Shown piece by piece: positions 1 through 9,279 of a stretch of 32,198 nt of DNA. The DNA lies in NCBI GenBank assembly GCA_018623405.1, contig JAAZVO010000001.1, positions 1 to 32,198 on the forward strand. The letters are read 5' to 3'. The stretch comes from Crocinitomicaceae bacterium (GTDB lineage Bacteria > Bacteroidota > Bacteroidia > Flavobacteriales_G > Salibacteraceae). The position numbers and the translations under genes were made by a program. The notes under the pieces were generated by a model. The model was not told where the DNA came from and searched no databases. It saw only the letters and a program-made list of their open reading frames with translations. Within the stretch, counting starts at the first letter, position 1; every line of letters begins with the position of its first letter.

Positions 1-1
1 A

Positions 2-1228
<1,227 letters not shown>

Positions 1229-1245
1229 AATCAAAATATTTTTAT

Positions 1246-1275
1246 AAAAAAGGGGGTTTTTTAGCCCCCTTTTTT
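1246..1275 (+). terminator. Rho-independent terminator after gdhA
   Basis: AAAAAAGGGGG-TTTTTTAG-CCCCCTTTTTT: a G/C stem extended by A/T pairs with a trailing T run, 18 nt after the stop. Confidence 0.8.
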
Positions 1276-1295
1276 ATTTATAACAATCACCCTTT

Positions 1296-1303
1296 TATAT
1301 TTG
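1296..1303 (+). promoter_or_regulatory. Candidate Bacteroidota -7 promoter box for kbl (and the downstream crp-like gene)
   Basis: TATATTTG matches TAnnTTTG, about 23 nt upstream of the kbl ATG. Confidence 0.4.
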
Positions 1304-1326
1304 TTAAACATCATTAAACCCACAAC

Positions 1327-2514
1327 ATGTACGGAAAAATAAAAGAGCATCTTAAAGCAGAATTATCAGAAATAAAAGAAAACGGTTTATTTAAAACCGA
1401 AAGGGTAATTACTACACCTCAAGATGCAGCAATAAAAGTTACTACCGGAGAAGAGGTGCTAAACTTTTGCGCAAATAACTATCTAGGTTTATCTTCTCAT
1501 CCTAAAGTAATTGAAGCTGCCAGAAATGCTTTAGAAACTCATGGTTACGGAATGTCTTCAGTTAGGTTTATTTGTGGAACCCAAGATATCCATAAAGAGC
1601 TTGAACAAAAGATTGCAAATTTTTGTGGAACTGAAGACACGATTTTGTATGCTGCTTGTTTTGATGCAAATGGCGGTGTGTTTGAGCCACTCTTAACAGC
1701 AGAAGACGCCATAATATCTGATTCTTTAAACCACGCTTCTATTATTGATGGAGTTAGACTTTGCAAGGCAGCAAGGTATAGATATGAAAACAATAATATG
1801 GAAGACCTAGAGGCCAAATTAAAAGAGGCGCAAGCAAGCAGGTTTAAAATTATTGTTACTGACGGGGTGTTTTCAATGGACGGTTACGTAGCCCAATTAG
1901 ATAAAATTTGTGACTTAGCAGATAAATACGATGCTTTGGTAATGGTAGATGAGTGCCATTCTGCTGGTTTTATTGGTAAAACCGGAAGAGGAACTATTGA
2001 GCTCAAAAATGTTATGGGCCGAGTAGATATTATTACCGGAACCTTAGGTAAGGCACTTGGCGGAGCAATGGGAGGCTATACAACAGGTAGAAAAGAAATA
2101 ATTGAGATGCTTAGACAAAGGTCTAGACCATATTTATTTTCTAACTCTTTAGCTCCAAGTATTGTAGGTGCTTCAATTGCCGTTTTTGACCTTTTAAGCG
2201 AAACTACCGAGCTAAGAGATAAATTGGAGTGGAACATCAATTACTTTAAACAAAACATAAAATCAGCGGGTTTTGATATCAAAGATGGAGATTCGGCTAT
2301 TGTTCCTATTATGGTTTACGATGCTGCCCTGTCTCAAAAATTTGCAGATAAGTTGCTACAAGAAGGTATTTATGTAATTGGCTTTTTCTATCCTGTTGTA
2401 CCTAAAGGTCAAGCTAGAATAAGAGTTCAGCTTTCTGCTGCTCACGAAAAAGAACATCTTGATAAAGCAATTGCAGCATTTACTAAAGTTGGAAAAGAAC
2501 TAAACATCATTTAA
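1327..2514 (+). CDS. kbl: Glycine C-acetyltransferase (2-amino-3-ketobutyrate CoA ligase)
   Basis: 395 aa alpha-oxoamine synthase. Motifs [19 protein letters not shown], and PLP-lysine context [10 protein letters not shown]. Confidence 0.92.
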   Translation: MYGKIKEHLKAELSEIKENGLFKTERVITTPQDAAIKVTTGEEVLNFCANNYLGLSSHPKVIEAARNALETHGYGMSSVRFICGTQDIHKELEQKIANFCGTEDTILYAACFDANGGVFEPLLTAEDAIISDSLNHASIIDGVRLCKAARYRYENNNMEDLEAKLKEAQASRFKIIVTDGVFSMDGYVAQLDKICDLADKYDALVMVDECHSAGFIGKTGRGTIELKNVMGRVDIITGTLGKALGGAMGGYTTGRKEIIEMLRQRSRPYLFSNSLAPSIVGASIAVFDLLSETTELRDKLEWNINYFKQNIKSAGFDIKDGDSAIVPIMVYDAALSQKFADKLLQEGIYVIGFFYPVVPKGQARIRVQLSAAHEKEHLDKAIAAFTKVGKELNII

Positions 2515-2515
2515 A

Positions 2516-3145
2516 TTGGAAGAAGAATTAATTAAATACTTCCCGGATTTAAATCATCCGGACCTAAAAAAAGACATTTTAGAATACGCTATTGAAAAAG
2601 ATATTTTGGCAGGAGATACCTTAATGGATGTAGGAAGATACGTTAAGGCAATCCCTCTTTTGGTAAAAGGCAAACTAAAAATTTTTAGGGAAGATGAAGA
2701 AGGTAGGGAGCTATTTTTATATTACGTAAACCCTGGAGAAACCTGCGCAATTTCTTTAGTGTGCTCTGAAAGAGATAGAAAATCAAAGATTAAAGCAGTT
2801 GCCATTGAAGATACCACCTATTTAGCTGTTCCTGTTAGGTTTATGGATGAGTGGATGCAACAATATAAAAATTGGTACTACTTTGTTATGGAAACCTACC
2901 GTAAAAGGTTCGAAGAGGTTTTAAATACGGTAGATTCAGTTGCTTTTCATAAACTTGATGAAAGATTATTGGGATACATAAAAAAGAATACAGAGGCATT
3001 AGGAACGGATACCCTTAACACTACTCATCAAGAAATTGCCAATGAGTTAAGTACATCAAGAGAGGTCATTTCTAGACTATTAAAACAGCTAGAAAAAAAT
3101 GGTGTAGTTAAATTAGGAAGAAACAAAATTCAAATGTTAAGTTAG
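2516..3145 (+). CDS. Crp/Fnr-family transcriptional regulator (cNMP-binding-like beta-roll plus C-terminal HTH)
   Basis: 209 aa, with a TTG start 1 nt after the kbl stop. HTH THQEIANELSTSREVISRLLKQLEKNG. Lacks the N-terminal Cys cluster of FNR; its only two Cys form C77-x5-C83 in the beta-roll. Confidence 0.85.
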   Translation: MEEELIKYFPDLNHPDLKKDILEYAIEKDILAGDTLMDVGRYVKAIPLLVKGKLKIFREDEEGRELFLYYVNPGETCAISLVCSERDRKSKIKAVAIEDTTYLAVPVRFMDEWMQQYKNWYYFVMETYRKRFEEVLNTVDSVAFHKLDERLLGYIKKNTEALGTDTLNTTHQEIANELSTSREVISRLLKQLEKNGVVKLGRNKIQMLS

Positions 3146-3212
3146 GTACATTTCATTTGTTGATGAAAACATAAACTAAAGCCAATATCGGTTAATTAAT
3201 ATTTCTTACCTT

Positions 3213-3229
3213 AGTGTATCAAATACACT
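3213..3229. promoter_or_regulatory. Perfect 7-3-7 palindrome AGTGTAT-CAA-ATACACT just upstream of the Nudix-like gene start
   Basis: Read directly; it ends 4 nt before the TTG start at 3234. Possible operator. Confidence 0.3.
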
Positions 3230-3233
3230 TAGT

Positions 3234-3947
3234 TTGAAAAACAAAGCAGCCGAACCAACAAAAGATACTTTTAAGCACTTTTTTAATGGGGCATTTTCAG
3301 TAGATATTGTCTTAATTGCCTATTTAGACGGTAGCCTGAAGTTTTTACTCCAAAAAAAGCAAGATTATCCCTTAGTTAACGAGTGGGGTTTACCAGGAGA
3401 CCTTATTTTACCTGAGCAAGACACCGATAAAGCAATAGACGAGTTATTGATTAAGAATATAGGCCATTCCGATGTTTTCAAATCAAACCTTAGGGCATTT
3501 TCAGAACTCAATAGGCATCCATTAGGTAGAATAATAACCATAGCTTTTTATGGTTTAATAAGTTTTGATAAGGTGCCCAACAAACTACCCGAAAACTTTA
3601 AATGGGCCAACCTTGAAGCAAATTATGAGCTAACCTTAGATCACAATCATATTTTAGAAGAGGCTAAAAAGAAGTTTAAAGAAAACCTTATTCAAAAGCC
3701 TGTGGTGTTTAATCTTTTACCGGAGAAATTTATCATTTCAGATTTAATTAAAATCTATGAGTTAGCTTTCGATAAAAAAGTAGATGTAGCCAACTTCAGA
3801 AAAAGGATAGTTTCAAGTAAAATGATTCGCTCTACTGGCGAGTTTAAACAGCGTTACAAAAGCCACGGAAGACCGGCAGAATACTATACTTACGAGGGGC
3901 CAACTAAAAAGAAGTCTGAAAAAGAAAGTATACTATTTAACTTTTAA
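3234..3947 (+). CDS. Nudix-fold protein with C-terminal winged-helix-like region (NrtR-like putative regulator; degenerate Nudix box)
   Basis: 237 aa. Nudix-like N-terminus (FSVDIVLIAY...WGLPGDLILPE) in which the REx2EE catalytic glutamates are replaced (DELLIKNIG). Basic C-terminal half. There is no in-frame ATG near the 5' end, so a TTG start is needed. Confidence 0.5.
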   Translation: MKNKAAEPTKDTFKHFFNGAFSVDIVLIAYLDGSLKFLLQKKQDYPLVNEWGLPGDLILPEQDTDKAIDELLIKNIGHSDVFKSNLRAFSELNRHPLGRIITIAFYGLISFDKVPNKLPENFKWANLEANYELTLDHNHILEEAKKKFKENLIQKPVVFNLLPEKFIISDLIKIYELAFDKKVDVANFRKRIVSSKMIRSTGEFKQRYKSHGRPAEYYTYEGPTKKKSEKESILFNF

Positions 3948-4060
3948 CATACCGATATTGAAAGTTGTATAAAAGTCCATTTTTTACTAAAAAAGGTAAA
4001 ATACCATTTGTAACTTCCTCAAAATGAATTCTTAAAAAAGAGACGAAAGTCATATTTAAG

Positions 4061-4076
4061 TGTGATTTACATCACT
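4061..4076. promoter_or_regulatory. CRP/FNR-type box TGTGA-TTTACA-TCACT upstream of tauE
   Basis: 9/10 match to TGTGA-N6-TCACA. Its centre lies 29.5 nt upstream of the TAATTTTG -7 box. Confidence 0.5.
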
Positions 4077-4097
4077 GGTTAGCCTTTACAGTCGAGG

Positions 4098-4105
4098 TAA
4101 TTTTG
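4098..4105 (+). promoter_or_regulatory. Candidate -7 promoter box for the tauE operon
   Basis: TAATTTTG matches TAnnTTTG, 14 nt upstream of the ATG at 4120. Confidence 0.5.
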
Positions 4106-4119
4106 ACCAAAATTTTTGA

Positions 4120-4920
4120 ATGCTCGAAATAATAGGTTACGTATCGGCAATAGTTATCGGAATTTCTCTAGGATTAATAGGTGGAGGAGGTTCCATTTTA
4201 ACTGTTCCAATTTTGGTGTACCTAATGGGTGTGGAGGCCGGTGAGTATGCTCCGGCTTATTCATTATTTATTGTAGGCTCGACAGCTTTAATTGGTGGTA
4301 TTCAAAAATATAGAGAGGGCTTTGTTGATATCAAAACCTTTGTTGTTTTTGGTATTCCCGCAATAATTACTGTTTATTTTACTAGACACAACCTTGTGCC
4401 GGCTATTCCTGACGAAATGCTTTTGGGTGATTTTGTGCTTACCAAAAGGCTATTAATCATGGCAATTTTTGCAGTGCTTATGGTATTAGCTTCTGTTTCT
4501 ATGATTAGAGGAAGAAAAGAACCCGAAAACGATGGTGAAGAAGAGCAAAAATTCAATTATCCGTTAATTTTAGTAGAAGGCGTAGTGGTAGGCGTATTAA
4601 CAGGATTGGTTGGTGCGGGAGGAGGCTTTTTAATTATTCCGGCCTTGGTAAAACTTAGCAAATTGAGTATGAAAAAGGCTGTAGGTACTTCATTATTAAT
4701 TATTGCGGCCAAATCACTTTTTGGATTTGTAGGAGATGTAACTCGTTTAGATATAGATTGGGCCATGTTATTCATTATTACTGTTTTAGCAATAGTTGGA
4801 ATTTTTGTGGGTAATGTTATGTCAAGAAAAATTCCGGGCCAAAAACTAAAAGTTGGCTTCGGGTGGTTTGTGCTAATAATGGGTGTTTACATATTAGGAA
4901 GAGAACTATTTTTTCAATAA
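4120..4920 (+). CDS. TauE/SafE (TSUP, DUF81) family sulfite/organosulfonate exporter
   Basis: 266 aa polytopic membrane protein with two internal repeats, each opening with a Gly-rich motif (GGGGSILTVP and GAGGGFLIIPAL). Confidence 0.88.
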   Translation: MLEIIGYVSAIVIGISLGLIGGGGSILTVPILVYLMGVEAGEYAPAYSLFIVGSTALIGGIQKYREGFVDIKTFVVFGIPAIITVYFTRHNLVPAIPDEMLLGDFVLTKRLLIMAIFAVLMVLASVSMIRGRKEPENDGEEEQKFNYPLILVEGVVVGVLTGLVGAGGGFLIIPALVKLSKLSMKKAVGTSLLIIAAKSLFGFVGDVTRLDIDWAMLFIITVLAIVGIFVGNVMSRKIPGQKLKVGFGWFVLIMGVYILGRELFFQ

Positions 4921-4947
4921 TAAAATCAATAACTAAAACCAAAATTT

Positions 4948-6357
4948 ATGAAAGTAGAACAATTGTACACAGGTTGCTTAGCAGAAGCAGCTTATTACAT
5001 TGAATCAAATGGCGAAGCAGCCATTATTGATCCATTAAGAGAAACGGCTCCTTACATGAAAAAGCTGGAAGAACGTGGCACTAAATTGAAATATATTTTA
5101 GAAACTCACTTCCATGCCGATTTTGTTTCAGGTCATATAGATTTAGCCAAAAAAACCGGAGCTACTATTGTTTACGGACCTAACGCCGTTGCAGAATATG
5201 ATATTTATGTAGCAAAAGACGATGAAGAACTAAAAGTAGGTGATGTAACAATTAAAGTGCTTCACACACCCGGCCATACCATGGAGTCTTCTTGCTTTTT
5301 ATTGGTAGATGAAAATGGAAAAGATCACGGAATATTTACCGGTGATACCGTATTTATTGGTGACGTTGGCCGCCCTGATCTTGCAGTAAAAACCGATCTT
5401 TCTAGAGAAGATTTAGCACGCCATTTATATGATTCTATCCAAAATAAAATTATGCCATTGGCAGATGATGTAATCATTTACCCTGGTCATGGTAAAGGTT
5501 CGGCTTGTGGCAAAAACATGAGTGATGAAACTACCGATACTTTAGGTAATCAAAAGGAGAAAAACTATGCGTTACAACCAATGGAAAAAGAAGAGTTTGT
5601 AGCCAAGGTGATTGATGGCTTAACTCCTCCACCTCAATATTTTACTAAAAATGCCTTAATGAATAAAAAAGGATACGAAAGCTTCGATAAAGTTATTGCT
5701 CAAGGTTTAACTGCCTTAGATGCTGATACTTTTGAAGATGTAGCAAACGCAGAATGTGCTTTAATTTTAGATACCAGATTACCTGAAGAGTTTGTGGCAG
5801 GTTTTATTCCAAATTCAATTTTTGTAGGTATTGAAGGTTCTTTTGCTTCTTGGGTTGGTACTTTAATCGTAGATTTAAATCAACCAATATTATTCATTGC
5901 CGATGAAGGTAAAGAGGAAGAAGTAGTTACTAGATTATCTAGAGTTGGTTATGACAACACTATTGGATTCTTAAAAGGAGGAATAGAAGCTTGGAAAGCT
6001 GCAGGTAAAGAGCTAGACAAGGTAAATAGTGTTACACCACACGATTTTGCTGCAAAAATTGAAAATGGAGAAATCCTTAATGTAGTTGATGTAAGAAGGT
6101 ATAGCGAGTATAATCAAGGCCATCTTGAAAATGCTGAAAACATTCCGCTAGACTATGTTAATGATAACATGACTAATTTTAACAGAAATACAGAGTACTA
6201 CATGCATTGTGCAGGTGGCTACAGGTCTGTAGTAATGGCTTCTATATTAAAAGCAAGAGGATTTGATAAAGTGGTAAATATTGAAGAGGGTTTTAACGCA
6301 CTTCAAGAAAAAACCAACTTACCTATTGTTTCAGATATTTTAGAGCCAGAAGCATAA
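4948..6357 (+). CDS. Persulfide dioxygenase (MBL fold) fused to a pseudo-rhodanese and a catalytic rhodanese domain (CstB-like)
   Basis: 469 aa. MBL motif THFHADFVSGH plus HTPGHT. The middle rhodanese-like domain lacks the active-site Cys (FIADEGKEEE). The C-terminal rhodanese has the loop HCAGGYRS. Confidence 0.88.
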   Translation: MKVEQLYTGCLAEAAYYIESNGEAAIIDPLRETAPYMKKLEERGTKLKYILETHFHADFVSGHIDLAKKTGATIVYGPNAVAEYDIYVAKDDEELKVGDVTIKVLHTPGHTMESSCFLLVDENGKDHGIFTGDTVFIGDVGRPDLAVKTDLSREDLARHLYDSIQNKIMPLADDVIIYPGHGKGSACGKNMSDETTDTLGNQKEKNYALQPMEKEEFVAKVIDGLTPPPQYFTKNALMNKKGYESFDKVIAQGLTALDADTFEDVANAECALILDTRLPEEFVAGFIPNSIFVGIEGSFASWVGTLIVDLNQPILFIADEGKEEEVVTRLSRVGYDNTIGFLKGGIEAWKAAGKELDKVNSVTPHDFAAKIENGEILNVVDVRRYSEYNQGHLENAENIPLDYVNDNMTNFNRNTEYYMHCAGGYRSVVMASILKARGFDKVVNIEEGFNALQEKTNLPIVSDILEPEA

Positions 6358-6380
6358 GTTCTTAAACATATCTTGATAGT

Positions 6381-6411
6381 ATTAGCGCATTAGATTTTCT
6401 TTCGCGCTAAT
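6381..6411 (+). terminator. Hairpin ATTAGCGC-N15-GCGCTAAT after the dioxygenase gene (weak terminator or attenuator candidate)
   Basis: An 8-bp perfect stem 24 nt after the stop, with only a short T run after it. Confidence 0.25.
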
Positions 6412-6445
6412 GCTGTCTTTAACAACTAATACCAAACTAAAAACC

Positions 6446-7282
6446 ATGAAAGTATTAATACCAGTAAATTTCTCCGAGCTTTCAGACTATACCATGGGGA
6501 TTGCCTCAAAAATGTCAAAACAAATTGATGTTGAGGTACATGCTATTAATGTTATTGATGCTCCTGATGATAGCATGCTAGGCAGCGATGGTAGAACTAT
6601 TTCTGCAGGTTGTATGGCAGAAGAGGTTACCCCGGTTACCGAAGAACTAAAAAAACAACTACAAGAGTGGACCAATAAATACAAATTAAAAACCCTACCC
6701 GTAGTAATGTCTGGTGATAGAATTAGCAAGATTATTAACTACATAGAAGGAGCAGGAATAGACCTTGTTTTGGTTGGTACCCATGGCTCAAAAGGGTTTA
6801 AAGAGTTTTTAGAAGGTTCTCAGGCAGAAAAGCTAGTAAGATTATCACCCGCACCGGTAATAAGCATAAAAAGTTTTGATGAAACCTTAAACCTTAAGCA
6901 AATTCTTTTGGCTAGTGAGCTAGTAAAGCATGAACATAGTCATTTAGAGGCACTAAAAGAGTTGCAGGCTGCCTTTGATGCTCATATTTGGTTAGCCAAA
7001 ATAAATACTCCTAAAAACTTTGATACTACTCGTCATATCAAAAGAAAAATGACTGAATATATCGAAGAACATAACCTTCAAAACGTTACTCCAATTGTTT
7101 ACAATGCAGCAAATATTGAAGAAGGGATTAGAGATTTTGTTGAAGATTACAATATAGATTTGGTAGCTATTGGAGATCATGGATATACAGGAATTAAGTA
7201 TATCTTCCATAAAAGTGTATCAAAAGATGTTGTAAACCATATAGACCACCCAGTATTAACCTTTAAAATCGATCCATCATGA
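6446..7282 (+). CDS. Tandem-domain universal stress protein (UspA family)
   Basis: MKVLIPVNFSE opens a typical Usp. Two Usp repeats (..VGTHGSKGF.. and ..IGDHGYTGI..). I prefer the ATG at 6446 over the tracked start at 6410. Confidence 0.85.
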   Translation: MKVLIPVNFSELSDYTMGIASKMSKQIDVEVHAINVIDAPDDSMLGSDGRTISAGCMAEEVTPVTEELKKQLQEWTNKYKLKTLPVVMSGDRISKIINYIEGAGIDLVLVGTHGSKGFKEFLEGSQAEKLVRLSPAPVISIKSFDETLNLKQILLASELVKHEHSHLEALKELQAAFDAHIWLAKINTPKNFDTTRHIKRKMTEYIEEHNLQNVTPIVYNAANIEEGIRDFVEDYNIDLVAIGDHGYTGIKYIFHKSVSKDVVNHIDHPVLTFKIDPS

Positions 7283-7860
7283 CAGAATTTATCAATAGCG
7301 TAATTTATGAGCCGTGGCCATGGTACTTAGTTGGTCCTGCCATTGCCATAACATTGTTTTTACTGCTTTACTTTGGTAGAGAGTTTGGCGTTTCTGCCTC
7401 TTTAAGGGCAACTTGTGCAGCCATAGGCGGCGGAAAAATTTCATCTTTTTTCGATTTTGATTGGAAATCGCAGAAATGGAATTTCGTGTTTGTTTTTGGA
7501 ACAGTTGTAGGAGGAACAGTTTCTTCTCTATTTATGAACTCAAAAGGAGCCGTAGATATTGCTGAAAGCACTAAAGAAGCTCTAATTGGCATGGGGATGA
7601 CAAATCCAGGTTCAGATTATTTGCCTACCCAACTATTTACCTATGAAAATTTGGGTATCGGCACTATACTCTTTTTACTTATTGGAGGGGTATTGGTTGG
7701 CTTTGGTGCTAGGTATGCAGGTGGCTGTACCAGTGGACATGCCATAAGTGGCTTAAGCAATCTTCAATTACCATCATTAATTGCCGTAATTGGTTTTTTT
7801 ATTGGTGGTTTAACCATGACTTATTTTTTATTACCGGTAATTTTTAGTTGGGTACTTTAA
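7279..7860 (+). CDS. YeeE/YedE family (DUF395) sulfur-compound transporter, first half
   Basis: 193 aa membrane protein with the conserved Cys motif GGCTSGHAISG. Its start overlaps the usp stop (ATGA). Confidence 0.85.
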   Translation: MTEFINSVIYEPWPWYLVGPAIAITLFLLLYFGREFGVSASLRATCAAIGGGKISSFFDFDWKSQKWNFVFVFGTVVGGTVSSLFMNSKGAVDIAESTKEALIGMGMTNPGSDYLPTQLFTYENLGIGTILFLLIGGVLVGFGARYAGGCTSGHAISGLSNLQLPSLIAVIGFFIGGLTMTYFLLPVIFSWVL

Positions 7861-9275
7861 TGAAGAAGAGCTTAATATTATTATTTATTCTTTCTACATT
7901 TTTTGGGTTTACTCAAGAAGATGAAGTTCCGCCTATGGAACCACACCACCATGAGCATAGCCTTACAGAAGACCCCTACCATGAGCATCCTAAATGCGAA
8001 AAATTAATGGATGTTTTTAAATCAGGTTATATGGCAGGTAGAGTAAGGTATTATTTTATGAATACTAACCATACTCAACATGGGGAGAACTATTATGCCA
8101 ATGCAATAGGTGGGGCCTTAGCCTACCATACAGCGGTTTATTATGGTTTCAGTGCAGGTTTAAGCGGAATTTTTGTTTACAACATTGGCTCAAGCCATTT
8201 CCATGATACTTTGCTTTCTGTGAATGAGCTAGAGCTTTTTGATGTTACTCACCCGGAAAACAGAAACGACTTAGACCGTTTAGAGGAGCTATACATTGCG
8301 TATGAGTGGAAAAAGAATAAAATTAAATATGGAAAGCAAGATGTTTCTACTCCATTGGTAAACATGCAAGATACTAGAATGAAGCCCTATGTTTTTAAAG
8401 GCATTTGGGGAAATTTTTGGATAACCGAAAGCACCACTTTTAATGCAGGTTGGTTTACTGAGGCTTCACCACGCTCTACAACGCATTGGTATCCAATTGC
8501 AGAAGCTATTGGCTTGTATGGCGAAGGGCAAAGCACTACAGGTCTTCCATCCGATTATCAAGGGTTTTTATCTTCTAAAGGGATGGGGATTTTTGGTTTA
8601 GAAGATCATAGAAGAAATCTGAATTCTCAAGCATGGTTTTATCATATAAATAATATACTAAACACCTACTATTTGCAATTCGATTACCAAATTCCATTGC
8701 AACACTATGCCTTAATTACAGGTATCCAAGGAGTTTACCAGCAACCGCACAATAAGGGTGGCAGTCCTGATGGAACTCACGTTTATTATGACCCTACCCA
8801 AACAACCACATTGGTTTCAGGTAGGTTGGGATTTAAAACTCCTCATCAAACCTATACGGTTAATGCAACTACTATTTCTAACTCAGGTAGGTTTATTTTT
8901 CCAAGAGAGTTTGGAAGAGAGCAATTTTACACCACCTTACCTAGAGGAAGAATTGAAGGTTTAGGCGGTGCATCGCAACTTGTACTAAAAGCAGAAACAG
9001 AAAAGCTTTTTGATGAGAAGTTTAATGGTTTTATTGCTTTTGGTAGAACATTTACTCCGGGTAGAACCAACTTTGAGTTAAACAAATACGCCACCGCAGA
9101 TTATGATCATTTTGCAGCTAACCTTCTTTTTAAACCAAGAATGGAAGAGGAAGAGGGGCTTACCATTAGGCTGTTATATGTGTTATTTTCTGCCTACCAT
9201 TTACCCAAAAATCCATCTCCGGATTTTCACAAACAATACCATCAAATTAACCTTATTGCCAACATCAAATTTTAA
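7860..9275 (+). CDS. Putative outer-membrane beta-barrel porin (OprD-like) with a His-rich N-terminal segment
   Basis: Signal peptide MKKSLILLFILSTFFGFTQ. Alternating aromatic/polar strand patterns and a C-terminal ...LIANIKF (terminal Phe). RVRYYFMNTN resembles OprD-family strands. The ATG at 7860 overlaps the yeeE stop (TAATG). Confidence 0.6.
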   Translation: MKKSLILLFILSTFFGFTQEDEVPPMEPHHHEHSLTEDPYHEHPKCEKLMDVFKSGYMAGRVRYYFMNTNHTQHGENYYANAIGGALAYHTAVYYGFSAGLSGIFVYNIGSSHFHDTLLSVNELELFDVTHPENRNDLDRLEELYIAYEWKKNKIKYGKQDVSTPLVNMQDTRMKPYVFKGIWGNFWITESTTFNAGWFTEASPRSTTHWYPIAEAIGLYGEGQSTTGLPSDYQGFLSSKGMGIFGLEDHRRNLNSQAWFYHINNILNTYYLQFDYQIPLQHYALITGIQGVYQQPHNKGGSPDGTHVYYDPTQTTTLVSGRLGFKTPHQTYTVNATTISNSGRFIFPREFGREQFYTTLPRGRIEGLGGASQLVLKAETEKLFDEKFNGFIAFGRTFTPGRTNFELNKYATADYDHFAANLLFKPRMEEEEGLTIRLLYVLFSAYHLPKNPSPDFHKQYHQINLIANIKF

Positions 9276-9279
9276 CATT

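Noticed and set aside
1545-1817. Antisense or alternate-frame ORFs of 60-109 aa nested inside well-supported genes. Examples: 1545-1817, 4374-4775, 6487-6729, 6992-7210, 7368-7592, 8758-8964, 10697-10897, 11214-11432, 12653-12847, 14653-14868, 15730-15999, 16849-17034, 17461-17661, 19316-19588, 20155-20594, 23128-23319, 24307-24636, 28520-28708, 28884-29105.
   Set aside because: Each lies entirely within, or straddles, a gene whose product has clear family motifs. Their translations are low-complexity (Ser/Leu/Ile/Phe-rich), as expected from reading AT-rich coding DNA in the wrong frame. None has an independent promoter or motif.
6410-6445. Upstream alternative starts proposed by the track for usp (6410), the porin (7848, TTG), the EamA transporter (25310) and pepC (26290, TTG).
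   Set aside because: In each case a downstream ATG yields a canonical N-terminus (Usp beta1 MKVLIPV, signal peptides MKKSLILL and MKRIFIFI, first EamA TM helix). For pepC, the extension would also contain the candidate -7 promoter box.
9103-9279. A 59-codon N-terminal extension of the second YeeE/YedE half suggested by the ORF track.
   Set aside because: It overlaps the 3' end of the porin gene in another frame. The family-typical N-terminus MKLFKFFLVGIFFGIALSKGE begins at the ATG at 9280, 4 nt after the porin stop.
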